This document shows, piece by piece, positions 17,985-27,175 of a stretch of DNA of 64,000 nt. The notes below the pieces were generated by a model. It worked only from the letters and a program-made list of their open reading frames with translations, made no database searches and had not been told where the DNA came from. This DNA is from an uncultured Planctomycetaceae bacterium (lineage in GTDB: Bacteria > Planctomycetota > Planctomycetia > Pirellulales > Thermoguttaceae), in contig CAZIJJ010000017.1 of the NCBI GenBank assembly GCA_964539525.1, positions 8,701 through 72,700 of the forward strand, in the 5' to 3' direction. The translations under genes and the position numbers were made by a program. Each line of letters opens with the position of its first letter. Positions within the stretch are counted from its first letter, which is position 1.

Positions 17985-20810
17985 ATGCGCGAAATTGCGG
18001 AAAACGCGTCGAGTTTGTCGAAGAAAAAAGCGGCGAAACGCGCTCGGCGTCGGCGCGTCGCGGCGTTGGCGCTCGTCGTCGCGGGAGCGGTTTTTGACGC
18101 GGATTCGAACCGACCGACGGCGTTTGGACAAACGACGCAAACTCGGCAAACGACGCAAAATCGAGCCGCCGGGGGGAACGCGGCGTCGGCGCAAACTCGG
18201 CAAACTGCGCAAAATCGAACCGCCGGGGGGAACGCGGCGTCGGCGCAAACTCGGCAAACTGCGCAAAATCGAGCCGCCGGGGGGAACGCGGCGTCGGCGC
18301 AAAATCGGCAAGCGGCGAAGAAGACTGTTTCGACGGAGTCGGACGGTTCCGCGGATAAAACAAAATCGGCGAACGGGGCGAGCGGGGAAGACTCGGCGGG
18401 CGTCGAAAACGGCGGGCTCAGCGCCGACGCGGTGCGCTCCGGCGTCGACGGCGCGATCGCTTTTTTGCGACAAAAACAGCGTCCAAGCGGCGAATGGGAC
18501 GAATATCCGGGTTATCGGCCGGGGACGACCGCTCTTTGCGCGCTCGCGCTGTTGAGCGCCGGGCTCGATAAAGACGACCCGACGGTTGCGAAAGCGCTCG
18601 AATTTTTGCGCGATTTTTCGCCGGAAAAACAGAATCAGACGTACCCGATTTCGCTTCAAACGATGGTTTTTTGCCTCGCCGACCCGGAAAACGACCGGGC
18701 GCGGATCGAAGCGAACGTCGCCTGGCTTGTCGAGCGGCAGCTGAAAACGTCGAACGAATACGACGGCGGCTGGTCTTACGTGGGGATCGATCAGGCGTCG
18801 GAACGGGCCGACAACTCGAACTCGCAGTTCGCCGTTCTCGCGCTTTACGAAGCGGAGCAAATCGGCGTCGCGATCGACGAAGCGGTTTGGAAACGCGCCG
18901 AAAATTACTGGTCGCGGATGCAAAACGACGACGGTTCGTGGGGGTACCGCGCCTCGTCGCTCAATTCGGAAGGGTTTCGAAGCGGATACGGAACCGGAAG
19001 CATGACGTGCGCCGGGATCGCGGCGTTGGCGATGTGTTCCGGCGTCCGCGAGGCGGCCCGTGCGCGGGTCGAGGGGGACGGTTTCCTTTGTTGTCAGGAT
19101 TTTGAAGACGAAATCGCCGTCCGAATCTCGTCCGGGCTCAACTGGATGGGGAAGCATTTTAGCGCGCGAACGAACCCGGGACGCGCCGCCGGAACGGACA
19201 CGTACTTTTTTTATTATTTGTACGGGCTCGAAAGGATCGGGCGGCTGACCGCGAACCGTTTCGTCGGACGCAGCGACTGGTATCGCGAAGGCGCCGACGC
19301 GCTTTTGCGGCGCAAGGGCGCTTTGTCGCAATTTTGGAACGCTCAAAAGGACTTGGCCGGGAACAACTGCGTTTCGACGGCGTTCGCGCTCCTTTTTTTG
19401 TCGAAGGGGCGTTGGCCGGTTCTCGTTTCGAAGTTAAAATACGGGGACGGGGAAGACTGGAACGCTCACCCGAACGATCTGGCCCGGCTGACGCGCCGCG
19501 TCGAACGGGAGTGGAAGACGAACCTCATTTGGCAAACGATCGACGCGAAGCGGGCGACGCTCGACGATCTGTTGCAGACGCCGATTTTGTCGATAAGCGG
19601 AACGGAAACGCCGATTCCCGTCGACGAAGAAGAAAAACGGCACTTGATTCAAAATCTGCGCGGTTATTTGGAGCAGGGCGGCTTTATTTTCGCGGAGGCG
19701 ATCGACGGCGACGTTTCGTTTGAGAGCGGGTTTCGCAAGTTGATCGCGGAAGTCGTCGCGGACGACGGCGGCGAGCTGCGGCTTTTGGAACCGGATCATC
19801 CGATCTGGACGGCGGAAAAAGTCGTCGCGCCGGAGCGGGCCCGGCCGGTTTGGGGACTCGATTTCGGATGTCGAACGAGCGTCGTTTTCGTTCCGGCTTA
19901 CCGTCCGACGCCGGGCTCCGACGGCGAGGCGCCGAGCGTTTTCGACGACCGCCCGTCGCTTTCCTGCCTTTGGGAAGCGGCGAAACCGTTCGAACGAAAG
20001 GGCTCCGACGGCGAAACCGCGTCGCCGATCTCTCCGAACGCGGCGGCGGAGATCGAAGCGGCGTTCGCGCTGGGGCAGAACGTCTGCGCGTACGCGACGA
20101 ACCGGAAAATGAAGTTTAAGGAAGAGATTCCCGCCGACGTCGCCGCCGAATTGGAGAAAAACAAGGACGTCCGCAACAACCTCTTCGCGGCGATTCTCGA
20201 GTGCGGCGCCGGTTCCTCGTGCGCTCCGCGAGCGATCCCGAACCTGATGCGGTCGATTCGCGGCGGTTTGGGGGTTCCGGCGCAACTTTACGTCCCTCGG
20301 GCGTCGGCAAAACGCGACGATCTTTTCGATTATCCGACGCTCTTTATGCACGGACGGAACGCGTTTTCGTTCGGAAAAGAGGAAAGAGAACGTTTAAAAC
20401 TGTATTTTAAACGCGGAGGATTTTTGTTCGCGAACGCCGTTTGCGCGTCGAAAAGGTTTGAAGAGTCGCTTCTGAAGGAAATCGAAGCGATTTTCCCCGA
20501 CGCGGAACTCGTCGACGTCCCGACCGACGACCCGATCTTCACCGGGCGATACGGCGGGTTCAAGATCGAAACGTTGCAATATCGGACGCGAAAAGTGGAA
20601 AACGGCCGGAAAACGACCGCGATCGTCGTCGAAGGGCCGCCGCGCTTGAAGGGGATCGCGATCGACGGACGCTGGGTTTTGCTTTATTCGCCGGACGACG
20701 TCGCCTGCGCGTTGGAGAACGTCGCCGCGTCGAACTGCGACGGTTTAACGCAAAAAAGCGCGTTCCGACTTGCGACGAACGTCCTGTTTTACGCGGCGGA
20801 GTCGTTTTGA
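17985..20810 (+). CDS. prenyltransferase/squalene-oxidase-repeat protein fused to two DUF4159-like modules
   Basis: N-terminal TM anchor. Alpha-toroid repeats SGEWDEYPG, DGGWSYVG..NSNSQFAVLALYEA and DDGSWGYR. The C-terminal half carries two copies of the DUF4159 pattern (PILSISG..LRGYLEQGGFIFAEA and PTLFMHGRNAFSF..LKLYFKRGGFLFANAVC). Start re-set to ATG 17985 (GGAGGGG upstream). Confidence 0.75.
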   Translation: MREIAENASSLSKKKAAKRARRRRVAALALVVAGAVFDADSNRPTAFGQTTQTRQTTQNRAAGGNAASAQTRQTAQNRTAGGNAASAQTRQTAQNRAAGGNAASAQNRQAAKKTVSTESDGSADKTKSANGASGEDSAGVENGGLSADAVRSGVDGAIAFLRQKQRPSGEWDEYPGYRPGTTALCALALLSAGLDKDDPTVAKALEFLRDFSPEKQNQTYPISLQTMVFCLADPENDRARIEANVAWLVERQLKTSNEYDGGWSYVGIDQASERADNSNSQFAVLALYEAEQIGVAIDEAVWKRAENYWSRMQNDDGSWGYRASSLNSEGFRSGYGTGSMTCAGIAALAMCSGVREAARARVEGDGFLCCQDFEDEIAVRISSGLNWMGKHFSARTNPGRAAGTDTYFFYYLYGLERIGRLTANRFVGRSDWYREGADALLRRKGALSQFWNAQKDLAGNNCVSTAFALLFLSKGRWPVLVSKLKYGDGEDWNAHPNDLARLTRRVEREWKTNLIWQTIDAKRATLDDLLQTPILSISGTETPIPVDEEEKRHLIQNLRGYLEQGGFIFAEAIDGDVSFESGFRKLIAEVVADDGGELRLLEPDHPIWTAEKVVAPERARPVWGLDFGCRTSVVFVPAYRPTPGSDGEAPSVFDDRPSLSCLWEAAKPFERKGSDGETASPISPNAAAEIEAAFALGQNVCAYATNRKMKFKEEIPADVAAELEKNKDVRNNLFAAILECGAGSSCAPRAIPNLMRSIRGGLGVPAQLYVPRASAKRDDLFDYPTLFMHGRNAFSFGKEERERLKLYFKRGGFLFANAVCASKRFEESLLKEIEAIFPDAELVDVPTDDPIFTGRYGGFKIETLQYRTRKVENGRKTTAIVVEGPPRLKGIAIDGRWVLLYSPDDVACALENVAASNCDGLTQKSAFRLATNVLFYAAESF
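18137..18298 (+). repeat. 3 x 54-bp in-frame tandem repeat (18-aa unit QTRQTAQNRAAGGNAASA)
   Basis: Copies at 18137..18190, 18191..18244 and 18245..18298 differ at only a few positions. A degenerate fourth copy follows. Confidence 0.9.
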
Positions 20811-21197
20811 CGGCGAGTTAAAACGCGGCGTTTGGAGAAAATCGGCGCTTTGCGAAGACGGCGTAAAACGCGGTTTCGGCGGAGCGGGAAGCGATTTTGC
20901 GAGCGACGGCGGAAAAAACGTTAAAAATGGGAATAAAGACGCGGATAATGAAGAAATGAAAGAAATTTTGGCGCCCCCTCCTTGCGCTTGTTGCGTTTAG
21001 AGGTAAAATCGGAAAGATTAGAAGCGCGGAGACGTCGGGTTTCCGCGACTTTCTCGCGGCGTTGGGGAGCGGACGCGTTCCCGAAAACGTCGCTTTTGCC
21101 CTTGTTATTAATAGCGCGTCGTTTTTGAGCGACGAAAGAAGCCCCGGACGCGGCGTTTCAGCGCCGAAAACGTCCCCCTTTCGAAACGAGCCGCCCA

Positions 21198-22670
21198 ATG
21201 TTTGAGTCCTTAACCGACCGTTTAAGCGCCGCTTTTCGCGCGATGACGGGCCAAGGTCGCCTTACCGAATCGAATATTCGCGAGGGAATGAACCTCGTGC
21301 GCCAAGCGTTGCTCGAAGCGGACGCGAACGTCGAAGCGACGCGCAAGTTCGTCGATTCCGTTCAGGAAAAAGCGCTTGGGCTCGACGTTTCGCGAGCGTT
21401 GAATCCGACGCAACAGATCTTGAAAATCGTCAACGACGAGCTGATCGCGTTGATGGGCCCGGTCGACCATTCGCTTCCGGAAAAGAAACCGTTCGCGACG
21501 ATTATGCTCTGCGGTTTGCAGGGGTCGGGCAAAACGACGAGTTGCGGCAAATTGGGGAAACGCCTCCTGGCCGCGGGGCGCAAGCCGATGTTCGTCGCCG
21601 CCGACTTGCAGCGTCCCGCCGCTATCGATCAACTTGAAGTGCTGGGCGGCCAGCTCGGCGTTCCGGTCTTCGTCGACCGCGAATCGAAAGACCCGGTCGA
21701 CGTGTGCCGCCGCGCCTTGAAGGCGGCGAAAGAACAGGGCGTCGACGTCGCGATCCTCGACACCGCCGGGCGTCTGCACGTCGACGAAGATTTGATGGCG
21801 CAGCTGAACCAGATCGAACGCAAAGTTCAGCCCGATCAGGTTTACTTCGTCGTCGACGCGATGACTGGGCAGGACGCGGTCAACAGCGCCAAGGCGTTCA
21901 ACGACGCGCTCGAACTCGACGGCGTGATCCTGACGAAGCTCGACGGCGACGCCCGCGGCGGCGCGGCCCTTTCGGTGAAAGCCGTTACCGGCGTTCCGAT
22001 CAAGTTCGTCGGCGTCGGCGAAACGCTCGACGCGCTCGAAGATTTCCACCCGGAACGGATGGCGAGCCGCATGCTCGGGATGGGCGACGTCATGACGCTC
22101 ATCGAAACGGCGCAAGCGAAGTTCGACGAAGAGGAACTCCGCCGCCAGCAAGAGCAAATGGAGAAGGGCGTTTTTACGCTCGACGACTTCCGCAAGCAGA
22201 TGTCGCAGGCGAGTCGGCTCGGTTCGATGAGCAAGATCATGAGCTTTATCCCCGGGATGGGGCGGCTCAGCGGCATGCTCGGCGAGTTGAACGTCGATCC
22301 GGATAAGGAAATGCGCAAGATCGGCGGGATCATCGACTCGATGACGCCGGAGGAGCGCCGTCGTCCGGAAATTATCGATTTGCGCCGTAAAAAGCGCATC
22401 GCCGCCGGTGCGGGGGTCGAGACGACGCAGGTCAACGAGCTCCTGAAAATGCACGAGCGAATGGCCGGGATGGTCAAAAGCTGGTCGTCGATGGGCATGG
22501 GCGACCGAATGCGTTCGTTGCAACAGATGACGCAACAGGTTTCGACGAATCCGTTCGGCATGTTCGGCTCGATGAAGAAGGGCTCGACCGGCAAGCGGTT
22601 GACCCCGAAAGAGCGCGCCGAACAACGCAAACGGCTCGAAAAAGAGCGTCGCAAGAAGAAGCGCAAGTAA
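21198..22670 (+). CDS. ffh: signal recognition particle protein Ffh
   Basis: 490 aa. MFESLTDRLSAAFRAM.., GLQGSGKTTSCGKL, DTAGRL, TKLDGDARGGAALS, a Met-rich M domain and a basic tail. Confidence 0.97.
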   Translation: MFESLTDRLSAAFRAMTGQGRLTESNIREGMNLVRQALLEADANVEATRKFVDSVQEKALGLDVSRALNPTQQILKIVNDELIALMGPVDHSLPEKKPFATIMLCGLQGSGKTTSCGKLGKRLLAAGRKPMFVAADLQRPAAIDQLEVLGGQLGVPVFVDRESKDPVDVCRRALKAAKEQGVDVAILDTAGRLHVDEDLMAQLNQIERKVQPDQVYFVVDAMTGQDAVNSAKAFNDALELDGVILTKLDGDARGGAALSVKAVTGVPIKFVGVGETLDALEDFHPERMASRMLGMGDVMTLIETAQAKFDEEELRRQQEQMEKGVFTLDDFRKQMSQASRLGSMSKIMSFIPGMGRLSGMLGELNVDPDKEMRKIGGIIDSMTPEERRRPEIIDLRRKKRIAAGAGVETTQVNELLKMHERMAGMVKSWSSMGMGDRMRSLQQMTQQVSTNPFGMFGSMKKGSTGKRLTPKERAEQRKRLEKERRKKKRK

Positions 22671-22717
22671 TTTGAAGACTCGGTAATTTTTGCCGAAGGA
22701 ACGGCGCGCGTAATTTT

Positions 22718-22733
22718 TACCGACGCGTCGGTA
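22718..22733. repeat. perfect 16-bp palindrome TACCGACGCGTCGGTA between ffh and rpsP
   Basis: It is its own exact reverse complement and is flanked by three CGGTAATT-type half-site copies (22681..22740). Confidence 0.6.
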
Positions 22734-23031
22734 ATTCGAAAAATCGACGGCGTTCGTTGGCGAGCGCCCGCGAGGGTCGGTTCGACTCTCGCTCCGGACG
22801 GCGGCAAGTCGCGTCGACCGGGAAGTTTAGGAAATATTTAAGTCGGTTGGAAACGCCCTCTTAAATCGAGTCGACGTCGTAGGTCGGCGCCGCGACGCTT
22901 GCTCGCCGCAAGCGAGTCCCCCCGAAAACTCGGGCGGCCGCGCCGAAAACGTCGACGATAAACGACGAATCGCTCGAAGATCGAGCGGTTTGAAAAAGAT
23001 AACGAAATACCTTTTGACGAAGGAGTTTTAA

Positions 23032-23358
23032 GTGGCTGTTAGAATTCGCATGAAGAAGTTCGGTCGCAAGCACCGCCCGTTTTTCCGCGTCGTCGCCGTC
23101 GACGCTCGCCGTCCGCGCGACGGTCGCGTTTTGGAAGAACTCGGCTACTACGACCCGATGGTTCCGGAAACGGACGCTCGCGCCGTCTTGAAGAACGAAC
23201 GCATCGCCTATTGGCTCGGCGTCGGCGCTCAACCGAGCGACAAATGCGCCGTTTTGATCAAAAAATACGGCCCGAACGGCAAATGCCTCGAAGCGCAACA
23301 AGCCGCGTTCGAACGTTTGGCCCAAAGCCGTCGTCGTCCGTCCGTCGACGCCGAATAA
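23032..23358 (+). CDS. rpsP: 30S ribosomal protein S16
   Basis: MAVRIRMKKFGRKHRPFFRVVAVDARRPRDGRVLEELGYYDP. GTG start with AAGGAG upstream. Confidence 0.95.
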   Translation: MAVRIRMKKFGRKHRPFFRVVAVDARRPRDGRVLEELGYYDPMVPETDARAVLKNERIAYWLGVGAQPSDKCAVLIKKYGPNGKCLEAQQAAFERLAQSRRRPSVDAE

Positions 23359-23547
23359 TTTCGGCGCGGCGCTCGAACGAGCGAACGAAGATTCGATAAT
23401 CGAAGCGTTGCGACGCGGTTAAGCGTCGGAGAACGCGGTTTTTGTCGTCGACCGCCTGTTAAAATGGGCGCGAGTCGGCCGAAGTCGAGCAGGTTTGACG
23501 AAAAAAAACTCGACGAACGGCGACCGATTTTCGCGACCCGGGGGTAA

Positions 23548-24402
23548 ATGCGAATGCGATTCGACGTTTTGACGTTGTTTCCCGGAATTTTTGAAGGTTA
23601 TCTTTCGGAAAGTCTGTTGAAAGACGCGATCGAACGCGGCGCGATCGAAGTTTGCCTGCACAATATGCGGGACTGGGCGAACGACAAACACAACACGATG
23701 GACGACCGGCCTTTCGGAGGCGGGCCCGGCATGGTGTTGAAAGTCGACAGAATCGTCCCTTGCGTCGAAGAGGTGCGAACGTACGCCGAACGGCCCGGCC
23801 GGTTGGTGATGTTGACGCCTCAAGGCCGTCCGTTGACGCAGCGCGTCGTCGAGGAGCTGGCTCAAGAAGAGCGAGTCCTTCTCCTGTGCGGACGTTACGA
23901 AGGGTTCGATCAGCGCGTCGTAGAAATCCTGCAGCCCGACGAAATATCCATCGGGGACTACGTTTTGAACGGCGGGGAAGTCGCGGCGGCGGTCGTTATC
24001 GATTCCGTCATGCGTTTGATTCCGGGCGTGTTGGGAGACGAAAATTCGGCGGTCGTCGATTCGTTTTCCTCGGGCAACCGGCTCCTTGAAGAAGACCAAT
24101 ACACGAGACCGCGCGAATATCGCGGTTTGACCGTTCCGGAGATCCTTCTGAGCGGCGACCACGGCGCGATCGAGCGTTGGCGACGGGAGAATCGCAGGGA
24201 AAAAACGCAAGCTCGGCGTCCCGATTTGTTGGACGGCGAGGAATGGAAAACGGACGAAGACGAAAAAAAGACGAAAAAGAAGAAGCGATCGAAGAAAACC
24301 GAAGAATCGGATGCGATCGCGGAATCGGACGGCGTCGTCGAAACGAACCCGGGGCAAGAACCGGAAGTCGCCGACGCGGTCGAAGCAAACGTCGACGTTT
24401 GA
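23548..24402 (+). CDS. trmD: tRNA (guanine37-N1)-methyltransferase TrmD with a Lys/Glu-rich C-terminal tail
   Basis: MRFDVLTLFPGIFEGYL, RPFGGGPGMVL, LLCGRYEGFDQRV and GDYVLNGGE motifs. ATG 23554 is an alternative start. Confidence 0.95.
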   Translation: MRMRFDVLTLFPGIFEGYLSESLLKDAIERGAIEVCLHNMRDWANDKHNTMDDRPFGGGPGMVLKVDRIVPCVEEVRTYAERPGRLVMLTPQGRPLTQRVVEELAQEERVLLLCGRYEGFDQRVVEILQPDEISIGDYVLNGGEVAAAVVIDSVMRLIPGVLGDENSAVVDSFSSGNRLLEEDQYTRPREYRGLTVPEILLSGDHGAIERWRRENRREKTQARRPDLLDGEEWKTDEDEKKTKKKKRSKKTEESDAIAESDGVVETNPGQEPEVADAVEANVDV

Positions 24403-24582
24403 ATTTCCAAACAATAAAAGGGGCGAGTTAATTGGAATCGGCGGTTCGAGCGAATCGCGACGAGCGTTCCGACGAAGCGTCGGGAAAAACGTTTCCAGTT
24501 TTCTTTCTAGTCCGGCGCGGTTTGCCGGAAGTTTTTAACGCCGCCTTTCCGAGAAAAATCAAGAAATTGAAGGAATATATCC

Positions 24583-25032
24583 GTGAGTCAAGATCTCATT
24601 CGTTTAGTTGAAGCTCGCGCTAAAAAAGAGAGCGTTTCCAAATTTGAAATCGGCGACGTCGTCAACGTTCACTGCAAGATCCTCGAAGGCGACAAAGAGC
24701 GTATTCAGATCTTCAACGGCGTCGTCATCGCGCGCAGCGGCGGCGGTTCCGCCGAGATGTTCACCGTCCGTCGCATCGTCGCCGGCGAAGGCGTCGAACG
24801 CAAGTTCCCGCTTCACAGCCCGCGTATTGCGAAGATCGAAGTCGTTCGTTCGTCGGTCGTTCGTCGCGCGAAACTTTACTTCCTCCGCGACCGCGTCGGG
24901 AAGGCGACCCGCTTGGCCGAACGTCGCGTGGAACGCGCCGCGGCGCAACAAGCCGGCGCTAAAGTGATGAAGCGCGGAAAGAAAGCCGCTCGCGCTCGTC
25001 GCGAAGCCGCCGCGAAGAAAGCCGCCGAGTGA
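24583..25032 (+). CDS. rplS: 50S ribosomal protein L19
   Basis: [59 protein letters not shown] start. Confidence 0.95.
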   Translation: MSQDLIRLVEARAKKESVSKFEIGDVVNVHCKILEGDKERIQIFNGVVIARSGGGSAEMFTVRRIVAGEGVERKFPLHSPRIAKIEVVRSSVVRRAKLYFLRDRVGKATRLAERRVERAAAQQAGAKVMKRGKKAARARREAAAKKAAE

Positions 25033-25058
25033 TCGCCGCTTAACGTTCGTCAAAATTG

Positions 25059-25108
25059 ACGACGCGAACGAAAGACGTTTCGACGTCCGACGTTCGCGTC
25101 GTTTTTTC
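25059..25108 (+). terminator. intrinsic terminator after rplS
   Basis: Stem GACGCGAACG / CGTTCGCGTC (10 to 12 bp), 20-nt loop, then T6. Confidence 0.8.
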
Positions 25109-25233
25109 TTGTCTCGAACGTTTCGAAGGCTCGTCCCGGCGGAAAAAAGCGTCGAACCTTCGAAACGGAGCGTCTGAGAAAAATTTACCGACATCGCGGG
25201 CAACGGCGGCAAACTTTCGCTGGAAAAATCGGA

Positions 25234-26412
25234 TTATTCCGGCGTTTTTTCCAACTCGTTCAGGAGCGCGACGAACCAGGAGCGGTTGTCGGCGCCGCAA
25301 TACGTCGTTCGGCCGCCCATTCGCCCGAACGTTTTGCAGAAACGGCTGTAGTAGGCGGGGTCGGTTTGCGGCGGTTCGCCGTCGCGAGTCCAGTCCCAGG
25401 TCGACTCGGCGAGATCGACGACGTGGATCGAAAAATCGGCGATCGAGCGGCCCTCCTGGCGCGCGACGTTGCGCGACATCGAAAGCGATTTTTCAAAAAT
25501 CATCGGCGACAACACCGCCGAGCCGACCGAAAGATAAACGCCTCCTTCAAGTTGCGAAACGGAATCGGCGTAAAGGAGAAAATCGCGTTGGGCGGCCCGT
25601 CCGATCGCCGCGCAGTCGTTCGCCGGGTGCGCGTAAATAATGTCGCAACCGATCATCGGCCCGCAAGTGAAACGGACTCCGGCGCGTCGCGTTCGGAAAG
25701 CGACCGAGTATTCGCGGAACGGATGCGGGACGTCGAGCTTGCCGTCCGGAAGGCCGAAACGACGTTTGGCGCGGAGCAGATCGGCGGCCGCGGCGGCGCG
25801 ATCGAGCGTTTCGGTCGTCTCGACGTCGGCGAATCGCGGCGAGCCGAGCGAGTCGGGGGAAACGGGCGTTTCGGCGATTTTCAGCCCGGCGGCGATCGCG
25901 TCGCGCAATTCGCCGTCGTCGGGAATTTCGAAGCCTTCGTCGAGGATCGTTTGACCGACCGCCGCGCCGTAACCGAGTCCGCGATAGGCGCCGACGACAA
26001 TGGCGAGATTGATGAAACGACCGGTTTCTTCCCAAATCCCGAACTGCCCTTCGGCGACGTAACGGCGGACGTCTTCGCCCGACGCGCCTTGGAACGCGAA
26101 CTCCCAATCGTGAATGACTCCGGCGCCGTTCGTCGTCAGATGCGTCAGCCAACCGCCCTCCGCCAAGCGCGAAAGAACTGGGCCGAGGCCGTTTTTGATC
26201 GAGTGCGCGCCGTAAGTCAGGACGCGAGCGGCGCCGAGTTTTTTAGCGCGTCGGAGTTCGGCGGCGGTCGTTTCGACGTCGCGAAACGCTTTGTCGGAAA
26301 GTTCGACGGGATACGTCGCGGGATCGATCGCGTCGCGGCGAACGTCGAGTTTGTTGACGCGTCGGGCAAGGGGTAAAATTTCGAGACGGTCGCGGGAAAA
26401 CAGGTTTGACAT
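25234..26412 (-). CDS. conserved hypothetical protein, possibly deoxyhypusine-synthase-like (DHS-like NAD-binding fold)
   Basis: 392 aa with an ATG start and real-gene composition. GAHSIKNGLGPVLSRLAEGGWLTHLTTNGAGVIHDWE resembles, from memory, the DHS GxxSNxxxSG...TTAGGxEED region. There is no stronger motif. Confidence 0.65.
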   Translation of the reverse strand: MSNLFSRDRLEILPLARRVNKLDVRRDAIDPATYPVELSDKAFRDVETTAAELRRAKKLGAARVLTYGAHSIKNGLGPVLSRLAEGGWLTHLTTNGAGVIHDWEFAFQGASGEDVRRYVAEGQFGIWEETGRFINLAIVVGAYRGLGYGAAVGQTILDEGFEIPDDGELRDAIAAGLKIAETPVSPDSLGSPRFADVETTETLDRAAAAADLLRAKRRFGLPDGKLDVPHPFREYSVAFRTRRAGVRFTCGPMIGCDIIYAHPANDCAAIGRAAQRDFLLYADSVSQLEGGVYLSVGSAVLSPMIFEKSLSMSRNVARQEGRSIADFSIHVVDLAESTWDWTRDGEPPQTDPAYYSRFCKTFGRMGGRTTYCGADNRSWFVALLNELEKTPE

Positions 26413-26488
26413 GGAAATTTGGAGGAAATAGGCGGTTTGGAGTGGGGAAAACGGGCGAAACGGGGAAAGCTCGGCGACTTCAAGCGTT

Positions 26489-27175
26489 TCAAATTTCGTT
26501 GGCGTCGCGGATCTGCGTCGCTTTGAAGCGGTTGACGGCGAAAACGTCGAGGAAACGGCGCAGTTCTTTCAGCATCGCCGACGCCGATTTGCTCGTCGGA
26601 ACGACGTCGATTCCCTGCATAAAGAGTTTGAGGCCCGGGAGTTTATACGTCGTTTTGACGCGGTCGGCGACAAGCATTATCCGATCGATCGTTTCGGGCG
26701 CCAATTCGCGGCGGGATCGGTCGCGCAGTTCGAGCGCCGCGTTGATTTCCGGTTCGATTTTTTCGCGAAGCCGCTCTTCGACGGTCGGCGGTTTGACGCC
26801 GGTTCTGAGCCAACGTTCGAACGCGTCGGCGTCGTTTTTGTCGACGAGCTCGATCTCGAACTTTTTCGCAAGGAGCTTGACGGTCGGGCCGGTCGCCTTG
26901 CGGAAATCGGCGACGAGCGTTTCGACCGCGTCCGGTTCGCCGAAGTCGGGCGCGACGCCGTTTTTGAAGTCGGCGACGCGAGCGGCGAAACCTTCCGGCG
27001 TTTTGGCGAACGCTTTGCGCTGTTTGACGAGCGCCGTTTTCAACTCGGCGACGGACGCCGCGCGGAAAAGCGTCGTCAGTTCGACAAGCGCGTCCAACTC
27101 CTTTTTCGCCGTCGCGTTTAAGTGCGGCGCCAACGCTTGCAGCGATTGAAGAAACGGGATTTTGTCGTCTTTCAT
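26489..27175 (-). CDS. hypothetical 228-aa protein, translationally coupled to the upstream ParA-like ATPase
   Basis: ATG 27175..27173 overlaps the TGA (27174..27172) of the upstream gene as ATGA. The protein starts MKDDKIPFLQSLQALAPHLNATAKKELDAL.., is helical and charged, and has no recognisable domain. The track start 27355 adds an Arg-rich artefact. Confidence 0.65.
   Translation of the reverse strand: MKDDKIPFLQSLQALAPHLNATAKKELDALVELTTLFRAASVAELKTALVKQRKAFAKTPEGFAARVADFKNGVAPDFGEPDAVETLVADFRKATGPTVKLLAKKFEIELVDKNDADAFERWLRTGVKPPTVEERLREKIEPEINAALELRDRSRRELAPETIDRIMLVADRVKTTYKLPGLKLFMQGIDVVPTSKSASAMLKELRRFLDVFAVNRFKATQIRDANEI

Noticed and set aside
20956-21000. 14-aa Cys-rich mini-ORF MKEILAPPPCACCV in the AT-rich spacer before ffh
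   Set aside because: It has no SD, lies within a likely promoter region, and is too short to evaluate from sequence alone. I do not report it as a gene.
22779-22788. GGTTCGACTC, a T-loop-like string suggesting a tRNA or tmRNA 3' end between ffh and rpsP
   Set aside because: The flanks cannot form a 5-bp T-stem, acceptor stem or anticodon arm. I found no cloverleaf on either strand and no tRNA elsewhere in the window.
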